From the NCBI GenBank assembly GCA_045635585.1, contig JAZTWA010000005.1, positions 13,101 to 77,100 on the forward strand: a stretch of DNA of 64,000 bases. Reading direction: 5' to 3'. Made by a program: the position numbers and the translations under genes. This DNA comes from Candidatus Enterousia sp. (GTDB lineage Bacteria; Pseudomonadota; Alphaproteobacteria; Rs-D84). Shown here piece by piece: positions 49,910 to 63,515 of this stretch. The stretch's first letter is position 1; each line of letters opens with the position of its first letter. Below the pieces are notes generated by a model. That model saw only the letters and a list, made by a program, of their open reading frames with translations. It made no database searches and had not been told where the DNA came from.

Positions 49910-51532
49910 ATGAGAAAAATCGACATAATATTTATATCATCTGCTTTATTGGCCGCCATTGCGGTTACTGGGGCGCATTTATTGGACCCAAAAAACACTA
50001 TTTCACCGGAAAATTCGATTACATATGAATTTCCTGAAACAAAATATGGCGCTTTTTTGGCGGCACAACACGCTGTTTACGTTAATGATTTTGATGCCGC
50101 AACAAAATTTGTAAACCATCTGGGCAGTATCGATTATCCAATCGTACAAAACACAAAATATTTGGCAGAGTTTTTGGGCGGCAAAATGCCAGATAATGCA
50201 AAACTGTTAAAAAATGAAAAGAGTATGCCCGCACAAATGATTTATGATGCATACCTGGTTCAAAACGATAGCTGGAAAGAACTACATAACAGACACAAAT
50301 CTGATGAATCTGCAATTATCGCACCATTGCGCATATGGTCCGCAATCGCAAATAATTGGCGCACAAATACGTTTAAGTTTATTGACAGACTGCCAACCAA
50401 CCAATCATGGAAATCATTCGTACGTGGGCAAATATATGCCGAATTAGGCGACACAAAACAGGCCGCAGAACATTTTGAAAAAGTCAGTGCAGACTTTATG
50501 AATTTGAACGATTACTTGTATCTGATGTCCTTCTTTACACATCATGATATGATTGATAAAGCCGATAATTTACATCAAGATTTTACATCAAAACCAGGTG
50601 GAATGTTTTTGGCAGGGTACGATAAGATACCTGACTGGTCAGTGTACAGCGGATTAAAAAATGCATTAGCATTCAGTTTGGTGCAAAATGTATCACATAC
50701 ACAGATTATGATGTATTCTGATTTGTCTTTATTGATGTTGCGTTTTGCAGAATCAATCGCACCAGATTTTGCAAATAATAACAATACAGTCGATTACTAT
50801 CTGGGACAGTTTTTCTATAATAACACCGGTAAATATGAACCTTTGTTTAAGAAAATCAATCCAGAAAGTCCGTTCTTTTTATTTGCAAATCTACGTTTGG
50901 CACAAAAATCAGGGGATATTAAATCACTTGAAAAAGCATTGAAAAAATACCCATTGTTTGTTCCTGCGATTAATCAATTAATTGCGCATCATATAAAAAA
51001 TGGGAACAAGCGCGCCGCATTACGTGTAATCAATCAGGCATTAGATGATGAAAACCTGAATGATGCAGGACGCGCGTTTTTCACAAAAAGCAGGGCACAG
51101 GTATATTTTGTATTTGGCGATTTAGATGATGCACAAAAAGATATCCGAAACGCATCTGATATATTGATGGTGGATGCAGAAATTGTTTCTTTGCAGGCAA
51201 AAATATGGGCAAAACAAAATCGCGAAATCGAAGCCGCATACGAATACGCAATGACATTGGTGCGTCAAAATCCAAGCGATGTTTTGGCATGGGATACATT
51301 GGGCTATGTTGTTGCTACACGTGAAGGCGCAGATGCGGCGATAGAAATACTGGAACGTGTTGGTGAAATATCCGATACATGTTCTTCGTTGTTTGAACAA
51401 CTGGGCGATCTATATGCAGAGCAGGGCGATGTTATAAAGGCACGCAAAGCATATATGCGCGCAATTGATTTATCTGATGATGGATTGACCGTCGTACCGG
51501 TTGTCGAAAGAAAAATAAGGAAATTAAAATGA
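49910..51532 (+). CDS. Exported TPR-repeat protein
   Basis: N-terminal hydrophobic segment, YGAFLAAQHA, and C-terminal TPRs (WDTLGY, EQLGDLYAEQG). Confidence 0.85.
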   Translation: MRKIDIIFISSALLAAIAVTGAHLLDPKNTISPENSITYEFPETKYGAFLAAQHAVYVNDFDAATKFVNHLGSIDYPIVQNTKYLAEFLGGKMPDNAKLLKNEKSMPAQMIYDAYLVQNDSWKELHNRHKSDESAIIAPLRIWSAIANNWRTNTFKFIDRLPTNQSWKSFVRGQIYAELGDTKQAAEHFEKVSADFMNLNDYLYLMSFFTHHDMIDKADNLHQDFTSKPGGMFLAGYDKIPDWSVYSGLKNALAFSLVQNVSHTQIMMYSDLSLLMLRFAESIAPDFANNNNTVDYYLGQFFYNNTGKYEPLFKKINPESPFFLFANLRLAQKSGDIKSLEKALKKYPLFVPAINQLIAHHIKNGNKRAALRVINQALDDENLNDAGRAFFTKSRAQVYFVFGDLDDAQKDIRNASDILMVDAEIVSLQAKIWAKQNREIEAAYEYAMTLVRQNPSDVLAWDTLGYVVATREGADAAIEILERVGEISDTCSSLFEQLGDLYAEQGDVIKARKAYMRAIDLSDDGLTVVPVVERKIRKLK

Positions 51533-52392
51533 AAACAGGTGTTATAGGTGCCGGCGCATGGGGCACTGCTTTGGCAATTACATCGGCACACAGTGGTGCA
51601 GATGTAACACTATGGTCATATGACGGCGAATATAAACATTTTGACAATGTCGTTATGCCAGACAATATAAAAATTACTGCAAACCTACAAGATTTACACG
51701 AAATGGATGTTTGGTTAATCGTAACACCTGCGGCATATTTTCGTGAAACCGTTGCGCGCGCACGCGTGGTATATAATGGACAACCGATTATCATTTGTAC
51801 CAAAGGCGCGGAAAGCAGTACAGGGCAATTTATGTCAGAAATATTAAACACTCAATTACCAGAATGCATTGATTTTGGTGTCTTGTCGGGACCACAATTT
51901 GCAGGCGAAGTTGCAATGGGTGTTCCAACTGGTTCCACGTTGGCCGGAACAAACGCAACAATTGTGGCAGGTCAAGAAGCGTTAAGTAAACTGTATCTGA
52001 CAGCCAGCAACGATATTATCGGCACACAGATTTGTGGTGTTGGAAAGAATGCTGTCGCATTAATCTGTGGTTACAATAGTGTGGCGGCACGTGGCGAAAA
52101 CGAACGTGCACTTATACTTACACGCGCATGGAACGAAGTTGTAAAAATCGGTTTAGCCATGGGTGCGAAAATTGAAACCTTTTTGGATTTGTGTGGCATT
52201 GGTGATTTGTTCTTGTCTGCGACCAGTGAAACCAGCAGAAATTATTCGGGCGGCATGTCCATTGCACGCGACGAAAAACCCCAGGGCACAGTCGAAGGCA
52301 TTTTTGCACTGGCGGGATTGGTTGCGCGTGGCAAAGATTTGGGTATTGATACACCAATATTAAATGAAATGTATAAAAAACTAAAAATATAA
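51529..52392 (+). CDS. gpsA: NAD(P)H-dependent glycerol-3-phosphate dehydrogenase
   Basis: GAGAWGTALA, CTKG, LSGPQFAGEV, KNAVA, GIGDL and SRNY. Confidence 0.95.
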   Translation: MKTGVIGAGAWGTALAITSAHSGADVTLWSYDGEYKHFDNVVMPDNIKITANLQDLHEMDVWLIVTPAAYFRETVARARVVYNGQPIIICTKGAESSTGQFMSEILNTQLPECIDFGVLSGPQFAGEVAMGVPTGSTLAGTNATIVAGQEALSKLYLTASNDIIGTQICGVGKNAVALICGYNSVAARGENERALILTRAWNEVVKIGLAMGAKIETFLDLCGIGDLFLSATSETSRNYSGGMSIARDEKPQGTVEGIFALAGLVARGKDLGIDTPILNEMYKKLKI

Positions 52393-52393
52393 T

Positions 52394-52421
52394 AAAAAAG
52401 CCGGTAAAAACCGGTTTTTTT
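52394..52421. terminator. Bidirectional terminator, CCGG family
   Basis: aaaaaagccgg-taaaaa-ccggttttttt. Confidence 0.8.
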
Positions 52422-52432
52422 ATATCACAAAA

Positions 52433-53095
52433 TTACCATTCTATTGGATTAAATCCACGTGATACAAGATATTCATTCGCGCGCGAAAAATGATGATTTC
52501 CAAAAAAACCACGATACGCAGACAAAGGCGATGGATGTGCACTTTTCAAAATCAAGTTTTTTTCCGGATTAACAAATGCGGCTTTTTTCTGGGCATAGCC
52601 ACCCCATAACATATACACGACATTATCGCGCGTAGATACCGTACGAATAACCGCGTTTGTAAATTCTTCCCAACCACGTCCCGCATGTGATGCGGCCGCA
52701 TGTGCCCGCACTGTCAATGTCGAATTTAATAACAAAACACCCTGATTTGCCCAGTGTGTTAAATCGCCTTTTGTTACAGATTTTCGACCCAAATCCGCTT
52801 CAATTTCTTTGTATATATTTTGCAAACTTGGGGGGCAGGGGGTTGGCGGTAAGACAGAAAAACACAATCCATGCGCCTGATTTGGTTCATGATATGGATC
52901 TTGACCGATTATAACAACACGAACTTTATCCAAAGGACATAGGTTAAATGCATTAAATATATTTTTTGGGGCAGGGTATATTGCATGCCCAGACATATAT
53001 TCAGAGCGTACAAAATCCGTCAATTTAATAAAATAATCTTTATCAAATTCTGACCCAAGAGCATTCTTCCAAGACTGTTCAATTTTAACATTCAT
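52433..53095 (-). CDS. ung: Uracil-DNA glycosylase family 1
   Basis: GQDPYH, AHGLCFSV, PPSLQNI, GVLLLN and HPSPLS. Start refined to ATG 53095 (ATGA overlap). Confidence 0.97.
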   Translation of the reverse strand: MNVKIEQSWKNALGSEFDKDYFIKLTDFVRSEYMSGHAIYPAPKNIFNAFNLCPLDKVRVVIIGQDPYHEPNQAHGLCFSVLPPTPCPPSLQNIYKEIEADLGRKSVTKGDLTHWANQGVLLLNSTLTVRAHAAASHAGRGWEEFTNAVIRTVSTRDNVVYMLWGGYAQKKAAFVNPEKNLILKSAHPSPLSAYRGFFGNHHFSRANEYLVSRGFNPIEW

Positions 53096-53739
53096 AACTT
53101 TATTAACCCCTGTTGACACGATTTCCATAAAACAACATCAATATATCCACGCGGTAAATTTGTTTGTCTTACCAAATGTGCAAACATTTTATCACACGCA
53201 TCTTGGATTTCGGGACAAAGTTTACCATTATTTATCTTGTCATACAAATCCAAGCACCCAGAAAAAACACATCCCAGACGCTGAATCCAAATGTCATATT
53301 TAACAACATCTTCCCCCAAATTACGCGCCAGATGATTTGCTGTTATTTTACCAATATGCGGTAAAGATTGCAGATATTTTATTTTTTCATCAAGCAATTT
53401 TAATTCGTAATACGAATTACATAATATCTGACGTGAATGCCAAATTTTACATATCGCGTTTATTTTATTTTTATTATTAAATATCTTTATCAAGAAATCA
53501 CTATCCGCACCATTAAGCATAAGCGCATTTATAATTTTTGTGTGTATTTTTTTTGCCGTTTGTTGTGAAAAACCACCCGCCAAAATCACATATATACAAT
53601 GCGATGCAAATTCATCTGGTGAATATATTTTGTTTGATTGCAAATTTTCCAAAATTTCATCAAAACTTTGCGCATCACTGTCCATGCCACGTGCACGTAA
53701 ATCAGAATCCAAATCAAAAAACCATTTTGCAGAAAACAT
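53092..53739 (-). CDS. HhH-GPD superfamily DNA glycosylase-like protein
   Basis: YVILAGGFSQQTA, HhH motif LQSLPHIGKITA, conserved Asp in VVKYDIWI, and IDVVLWK. Confidence 0.65.
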   Translation of the reverse strand: MFSAKWFFDLDSDLRARGMDSDAQSFDEILENLQSNKIYSPDEFASHCIYVILAGGFSQQTAKKIHTKIINALMLNGADSDFLIKIFNNKNKINAICKIWHSRQILCNSYYELKLLDEKIKYLQSLPHIGKITANHLARNLGEDVVKYDIWIQRLGCVFSGCLDLYDKINNGKLCPEIQDACDKMFAHLVRQTNLPRGYIDVVLWKSCQQGLIKL

Positions 53740-53743
53740 CGAA

Positions 53744-54037
53744 CTATGACGCTTGTTTTTGTTGCATTAATTGCATCAGCTGTTCAGGTGATAATTGTGC
53801 ATCTGATTTTTCTGCCATCATATCTTGTAATTTATTTGTTCCTGCTTTGAATTTTTCCGCAGGCGAATTTAATTCAGCAATTTTTTTCTTCAGTTCTTCA
53901 ATCCTGGCCTTTTTATGCCAAATCTGACTGTCTGCGACAGACGAACCAAGGTTCATCAATTCGTCTTGTAATTTTTTCAATTCCTGTTCCATATCGTATA
54001 GTTTTGACATTCCGGGCTTTGATAATGAATCTGACAT
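53744..54037 (-). CDS. Hypothetical coiled-coil protein (about 97 aa)
   Basis: Co-oriented between gyrB and the HhH gene. ATG 54037 (MSDSLS) follows AAAGGT. Confidence 0.6.
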   Translation of the reverse strand: MSDSLSKPGMSKLYDMEQELKKLQDELMNLGSSVADSQIWHKKARIEELKKKIAELNSPAEKFKAGTNKLQDMMAEKSDAQLSPEQLMQLMQQKQAS

Positions 54038-54050
54038 AAGTATATACCTT

Positions 54051-54084
54051 TGTAAAAAAGTTATGGCGCGATAATATCGCGCCA
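54051..54084 (-). terminator. Hairpin after gyrB
   Basis: tggcgcgat-aat-atcgcgcca followed by a T-tract on the minus strand. Confidence 0.65.
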
Positions 54085-54090
54085 ATTTAT

Positions 54091-56490
<2,400 letters not shown>

Positions 56491-56564
56491 TTAACATTCC
56501 TTTCTTTTTTCTGTGTAAAACATAGCAATTTCTGGTATAATTATCAAGAAAAAAGGGGATAAAA

Positions 56565-57134
56565 ATGAAATTTAAATTGTTATATTTTGGGGATATTTTA
56601 ATTAATCCAAAAAAACGTGCACAGCATATTGCTGATATACGTATGCAATTCCATCCGCAATTAAAAAAGTTAGTAGAACATAGTCCTTGGAACAACCTGA
56701 CACAATACATGATACCAGATCCAACAAAAAGCCCAATAACAACAAAACATGTCGGCGGAATCGACTGGAACCCGATAATTACACCAAATTTGAAATTAAT
56801 CGCAGAATTAGATATACAAATGTTACATCCTGAAATTGTCGGGGTCCCACGTTCTGATATTGACAATCGTGTCAAAACAATTATGGACGGGTTACGCTGT
56901 CCACAGAACGAACATGAAATCGGAACCAATACACCACGTGATATCGGACCGATTTACACATTACTGGACGACGATCATTTGATAACAAAACTATCTGTAA
57001 ATACCAGCCACTTGTTAGACGCCAGTATATTTTCAGAACAAATTCAACGTTCACCAGATTCAATCTTTATGTTGATTGACGTTAATGTTCGTGTCGCAGA
57101 AGGCACATTGGAAAATTTACCGTTTATGGTATAA
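56565..57134 (+). CDS. RusA-like (Holliday junction resolvase fold) hypothetical protein
   Basis: SDIDNRVKTIMDGL...LLDDDHLI matches the RusA D-x-D-N-x2-K-x3-D-x-L...DD pattern. SD GGGG upstream. Confidence 0.55.
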   Translation: MKFKLLYFGDILINPKKRAQHIADIRMQFHPQLKKLVEHSPWNNLTQYMIPDPTKSPITTKHVGGIDWNPIITPNLKLIAELDIQMLHPEIVGVPRSDIDNRVKTIMDGLRCPQNEHEIGTNTPRDIGPIYTLLDDDHLITKLSVNTSHLLDASIFSEQIQRSPDSIFMLIDVNVRVAEGTLENLPFMV

Positions 57135-57142
57135 AAACATAT

Positions 57143-57169
57143 AAAAAAACCGGCATTTGCCGGTTTTTT
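57143..57169. terminator. Bidirectional terminator, CCGGC family
   Basis: aaaaaaaccggc-attt-gccggtttttt. Confidence 0.85.
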
Positions 57170-57170
57170 C

Positions 57171-57767
57171 TTATAATAAACACGTTAATGTCGCACCGGT
57201 ATTTTTTAACATAAACCATCCAATACGATAATCTGTCATATACACCGTCAACATAAACAATGCCAACACACCAATCACAATTACAACGTTGCCCTTTTTA
57301 CCACGCATGCAATACAATGATATATTATAAAACAAGAACAACACATATATATCCACCAATAAACTGATTACCCACATTGATACACAATTAAATGCCAATG
57401 CATTCAATACCAAAATTATTGGATAAATAAAGAATATCGAAGCAAGTCCCTTGATTGCAATTTCCCAATCACGTTCACCCCCCGTTATTTCAGATACCAA
57501 CATCATTAAACCGCCCATAACAAACAACAGGGCAACCGCCAAAACAGGAACAATTACAATCGCTGTAAATACCGCACCCAATGTTATTGTGGCACCGCCC
57601 AACAAACGAATTAATAAAACCAGACACCCTGCCAACAAACCATACAAGAATGCCTTTAACATAGATTCTTCCATATTGCCATCGGCAACAATTTTGGTAA
57701 AGTAACGACGCGGATTAACCACCAGATTTCGAATACGTCTTAATGCATTTGTAATTTTTTTCTTCAT
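57171..57767 (-). CDS. YIP1-family membrane protein
   Basis: LVVNPRRYF N-terminal motif followed by about five TM helices. Confidence 0.7.
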   Translation of the reverse strand: MKKKITNALRRIRNLVVNPRRYFTKIVADGNMEESMLKAFLYGLLAGCLVLLIRLLGGATITLGAVFTAIVIVPVLAVALLFVMGGLMMLVSEITGGERDWEIAIKGLASIFFIYPIILVLNALAFNCVSMWVISLLVDIYVLFLFYNISLYCMRGKKGNVVIVIGVLALFMLTVYMTDYRIGWFMLKNTGATLTCLL

Positions 57768-57836
57768 TGTTGTACCCCCAAAATTTGATTATTTCTATTT
57801 TTGCTTTATAATTACAAAAAATCAATGGAAAAAAAT

Positions 57837-59180
57837 ATGATAAAAGTAACAATTGCAGGACGCCCAAACACTGGAAAGTCCACATTATTTAATGCGCTGA
57901 CAGGTACACGTGATGCACTGGTTCATGATAGACCGGGGGTGACACGCGATACTATTTCGGGCAAATTTAAATCGCGACCATATATGCTGTATGACACAGC
58001 AGGATTGGAACGCGCCACATCCGGTATCGCACTGGATTCAACAAATATGGCAATTGATGCGGTCGCAAACGCAGATGCCGTTTTGTTTGTTGTTGACGGT
58101 CGTGTCGGATTAACCAACGAAGATATCGATTGGGCAAAACTGGTCCGTCGTAAAACACGTGCGCCGGTATTGTTGTTGATAAACAAAAGCGAATCGGCAA
58201 AACGTTTGGCAAACATACATGACTTTTATAAATTGGGATTTGGCGAACCAATTCTGGTTTCTGCGGAACACAAACGCGGATTTGATGAAATTTTTCAATG
58301 GCTGGATAAAATCGCAAATTATGATGTTCAAAACGATACAGAAGTCGCACCAGAAAAACCACAAGATACACGTATCAAGATTGCAATACTGGGACAACCA
58401 AATGTCGGAAAATCGACTTTTGTTAATCGCGTATTGGGCGAAAAAAGACAGATTGTAATGGATGCACCGGGGATTACACGTGATACAGTTAAAATCCCAA
58501 CAAAATTTTATGGACGCGATATCGTATTAATGGACACGGCCGGTTTGCGTCGCAAAGCGGGGGTTACAGACGATGTAGAAACACTGTCTGCGTTAAAATC
58601 TTTGGATGCTATCGAAAAGGCTGACGTTGTTATTTTGATGGTGGACGCAACACGCAATATTGAAAACCAGGCATTGGGGATTGCGGCACGTGTATATAAT
58701 GCCGGTAAAATACTATGCGTTGCATTAAATAAATGGGATTTGGTCGAACCAGAAATTCGTGATGAAAAATTATTAAAGTTAAAACACCAGTTTGCTAATT
58801 CTTTTCACCAGATTATTAAACCTATGATTTTGGCTGTATCCGCAGAAACAGGTACCGGTGTTCAAAATATGTTCCGCAGAATATATGAACAATGGGATAT
58901 TTCAATGGCACAGGCACCAACCAGTCTGGTTAACAGAATTGTCGAAAAATTGGTTAACGATAGACAACCACCTATGTCACGACTGAAAAGACCGATGAAA
59001 ATAAAATTCGCCCGTCAAACAGGACGCCATCCAATGAAGATAACTATTAATGTTGGGGGGGCATCTGATATTCCAGAATCATACACACGCTATTTACGGC
59101 GTGGTTTGGCAACCGCATTAAAGTGGGAACATTTACCCATTATTATCGATTATGAAAAATCAGATAATCCTTTTGATTAA
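57837..59180 (+). CDS. der: Ribosome biogenesis GTPase Der (EngA)
   Basis: Two G domains (GRPNTGKST/DTAG/NKSE and GQPNVGKST/DTAG/NKWD) plus a KH-like tail. Start refined to ATG 57837. Confidence 0.96.
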   Translation: MIKVTIAGRPNTGKSTLFNALTGTRDALVHDRPGVTRDTISGKFKSRPYMLYDTAGLERATSGIALDSTNMAIDAVANADAVLFVVDGRVGLTNEDIDWAKLVRRKTRAPVLLLINKSESAKRLANIHDFYKLGFGEPILVSAEHKRGFDEIFQWLDKIANYDVQNDTEVAPEKPQDTRIKIAILGQPNVGKSTFVNRVLGEKRQIVMDAPGITRDTVKIPTKFYGRDIVLMDTAGLRRKAGVTDDVETLSALKSLDAIEKADVVILMVDATRNIENQALGIAARVYNAGKILCVALNKWDLVEPEIRDEKLLKLKHQFANSFHQIIKPMILAVSAETGTGVQNMFRRIYEQWDISMAQAPTSLVNRIVEKLVNDRQPPMSRLKRPMKIKFARQTGRHPMKITINVGGASDIPESYTRYLRRGLATALKWEHLPIIIDYEKSDNPFD

Positions 59181-59208
59181 AAAAAAGCCGGCAAATACCG
59201 GCTTTTTT
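59179..59208 (+). terminator. Terminator, CCGGC family
   Basis: Identical to the copy at 47350-47378. Confidence 0.85.
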
Positions 59209-59272
59209 ATATATAAGTTGCGATAAGACGTACATAGTGATATAATAAAAAAATATTCAAGAGAGAGAATTT

Positions 59273-59995
59273 ATGAAAAAAAAATCGGAAAATATTATTT
59301 CACTGAAACATATTAATAAAAGTTTTCCATTAGAACTGGGGGGCGAACAACAGGTTCTGTTCGATATAAACTTTGATATCAAAGCCGGTGAATTCGTCGC
59401 AATTATGGGACCATCTGGTTCGGGCAAATCAACATGCATGAATATTATTGGGGCATTGGATACACCAACATCTGGGATATATGAATTATATAATCGCGAT
59501 GTTACAGGTTTAACATCAGATGAATTGGCCGTCGTTCGTAACGAACATATCGGTTTTGTGTTTCAACAATTTAATTTATTACCAAAACGCAGTGTATTAG
59601 ATAATGTAATGTTACCACTGATGTACCGTGGTATGCCAATGCACGAAAGAATTCGACGCGCACGTGAAATGTTAAAGCGCGTCGGACTTGAAAAATTCGA
59701 ATCTTATTTGCCAACACAGTTATCGGGCGGTATGAAACAACGTGTTGCAATTGCACGCGCATTGGCCGGTGAACCAAAATTAATTCTGGCAGATGAACCA
59801 ACCGGCGCACTGGATAGTAAAATGGGTAATGAAATTCTGAAATTCTTTAAAGAATTAAACAAAGATTTGGGCATTACAATTGTTATGATTACACACGAAT
59901 TTGATATTGCAAAATATGCAAACCGATTAATACATATTCGTGATGGGAAAATAAACTATGACGGTCCAATCCCAAAAAACGATAACAATCTTTAA
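59273..59995 (+). CDS. MacB/LolD-like ABC transporter ATPase
   Basis: GPSGSGKST, GFVFQQFNL, LSGGMKQRVAIARAL, ADEPTGALD and ITHE. Confidence 0.93.
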   Translation: MKKKSENIISLKHINKSFPLELGGEQQVLFDINFDIKAGEFVAIMGPSGSGKSTCMNIIGALDTPTSGIYELYNRDVTGLTSDELAVVRNEHIGFVFQQFNLLPKRSVLDNVMLPLMYRGMPMHERIRRAREMLKRVGLEKFESYLPTQLSGGMKQRVAIARALAGEPKLILADEPTGALDSKMGNEILKFFKELNKDLGITIVMITHEFDIAKYANRLIHIRDGKINYDGPIPKNDNNL

Positions 59996-60016
59996 CATAT
60001 ACCACAGAAGGCAAAC

Positions 60017-61234
60017 ATGACATTTAATGATATTTTAAAAGAATCTTGGTTATCAATTAGTGGTAATAAAATCCGGTCTTTTTTGACAGTTTTGGGTATT
60101 ATTATCGGTGTTTTGGCGGTGGTAATAATGGTTGCCGTTGGTGAAACCGTACAAAAAGAAATCACAGATCAATTTTCGTCACTGGGGACAAATACAATTA
60201 TGATACGTGCCGGCGCCGCACAACAGGCGGGGGTTCGTACCGGTAATAGAAATACACTGACCATACAAGATGCAGAATTTATTGGAAAATTGCCCGATGT
60301 AATGGCAGTAACCCCCGTACAAAATGGTGCCGCACAGGCAATTTATGGAAATAAAAACTGGGCCACATCAATGGTGGGCGTGTATCCCGATTATTCAACA
60401 GTGCAAAATGTGGAAATTGAATATGGTACTTTCTTTGATATGGCCGCCGTACGAAATGCATCAACATATGCAGTAATCGGTCCAGAAACCGCCGAAGAGT
60501 TAGGATTACCTAAAAATCCGGTCGGTGAAGTTATTCGTGTACAAAATACACCTTTTGTTGTAATTGGCGTAACACGCGCCAAGGGCGATTCCGCAATGGG
60601 CAGCCAAGACGATATGATTATCATTCCAATTACAACATTGAAAAAAAGATTACAAGGTTCACGATTCCCAAATTCTGTTAATATGGTTGCATTAAAACTG
60701 TTTGCGGATTCGGATAATAATTTAGCAATCGAACAAATAACCGCTTTGTTGCGTCAAAGACATAGATTAAAAGACGATGCTGATGATGACTTTCAAATTA
60801 TGGATATGAAACAAGTCATGGAAACAATGAATACGGTTACAGGATATATGAAATTATTATTAATTGCGATTGCTGCAGTATCTTTGTTGGTGGGTGCAAT
60901 TGGTATTATGAACATGATGTTGGTATCGGTTGCGGAACGTACTCGCGAAATTGGTATTCGCAAAGCAATCGGTGCGCGCGAACGCATGATTATAATTCAA
61001 TTTTTGTCTGAATCTGTATTGATTTCATTTATCGGTTCAATGATTGGTTTAATTCTGGGGGTCGGATTATCCCAAGGGGTTGGACGATTTATTTTGGGAT
61101 ATAATGTTCCATTCAGTATTTGGCCGGTGGTACTGTCCGTATCGGTTGCCATAATCGTTGGATTATCATCGGGCGTTATGCCGGCAATGAAGGCTGCAAA
61201 ATTAAACCCAATAGATAGTTTAAGATACGAATAA
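60017..61234 (+). CDS. MacB-like ABC transporter permease
   Basis: RSFLTVLGIIIGV, periplasmic domain, GIMNMMLVSVAERTREIGIRKAIGA and PIDSLRYE. Confidence 0.93.
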   Translation: MTFNDILKESWLSISGNKIRSFLTVLGIIIGVLAVVIMVAVGETVQKEITDQFSSLGTNTIMIRAGAAQQAGVRTGNRNTLTIQDAEFIGKLPDVMAVTPVQNGAAQAIYGNKNWATSMVGVYPDYSTVQNVEIEYGTFFDMAAVRNASTYAVIGPETAEELGLPKNPVGEVIRVQNTPFVVIGVTRAKGDSAMGSQDDMIIIPITTLKKRLQGSRFPNSVNMVALKLFADSDNNLAIEQITALLRQRHRLKDDADDDFQIMDMKQVMETMNTVTGYMKLLLIAIAAVSLLVGAIGIMNMMLVSVAERTREIGIRKAIGARERMIIIQFLSESVLISFIGSMIGLILGVGLSQGVGRFILGYNVPFSIWPVVLSVSVAIIVGLSSGVMPAMKAAKLNPIDSLRYE

Positions 61235-61262
61235 AAAAACCGGCAAATGCCGGCTTTTTTTT
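61233..61262. terminator. Bidirectional terminator, CCGGC family
   Basis: aaaaaaaccggc-aaat-gccggctttttttt. Confidence 0.85.
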
Positions 61263-61268
61263 AACATT

Positions 61269-62769
<1,501 letters not shown>

Positions 62770-62780
<11 letters not shown>

Positions 62781-63006
62781 TTTCAATCCCATAAAAAAGA
62801 CTGCCTTGTTTTTGATACGTATATATCAACGCGCAATTTCACCGTTTATTGGTGGACGTGCGGCATGTCGATTTGTCCCAACATGCAGTGAATATGCACG
62901 CGGGGCAATTGAAAAATACGGGGTAATACGTGGAACCGTTATGGCAATACGCAGAATATCAAAATGCAGGCCCGGTGGCGGATTCGGATATGACCCTGTA
63001 CCTTGA
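62770..63006 (+). CDS. yidD: Membrane protein insertion efficiency factor YidD
   Basis: IRIYQRAISP, CRFVPTCSEY and RISKCRPGGGFGYDPVP. Confidence 0.95.
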
Positions 63007-63073
63007 CAATTGTGGGGAATATGGTACAATTTTATATTGTTCACGACAGTTAATATAGATATAAGGATTAAAA

Positions 63074-63514
63074 ATGTCTTTTCGTGCAACCGTAGAATCT
63101 ATGTCAAAAATCATGGATGATATGGGGATTACAGAACTTAATTTAGAACGTCAGTTTTTATTTGGCGTATATCGCAAACACATTCATTTATCAAAACAAC
63201 AAGCTGCAACAACCGTTGCTGTGGCGGGAAATGCAACAAGTGATAACAAAGAACCAGTACAGGTTAAAAAATCTATTAACGCAAATGCATTAAAGTCACC
63301 AATGGTTGGGGTTGTTTATTTGGCACCTGAACCGGGCGCAGACACATTTGTATCTGAGGGCGCAACTGTCAAGGCCGGTGATACAGTCGCATTGGTCGAA
63401 GCAATGAAAACATTTAACCCAATCAAAGCAGATAAAGACGGTGTTGTTAAAGAAATTCTGGTTACAGATGGCGCAGCCGTTGAATACGATCAACCATTAA
63501 TTGTTATTGAATAA
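63074..63514 (+). CDS. accB: Acetyl-CoA carboxylase biotin carboxyl carrier protein
   Basis: SPMVGVVY and EAMKTFN biotinylation motif. Confidence 0.95.
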   Translation: MSFRATVESMSKIMDDMGITELNLERQFLFGVYRKHIHLSKQQAATTVAVAGNATSDNKEPVQVKKSINANALKSPMVGVVYLAPEPGADTFVSEGATVKAGDTVALVEAMKTFNPIKADKDGVVKEILVTDGAAVEYDQPLIVIE

Positions 63515-63515
63515 T

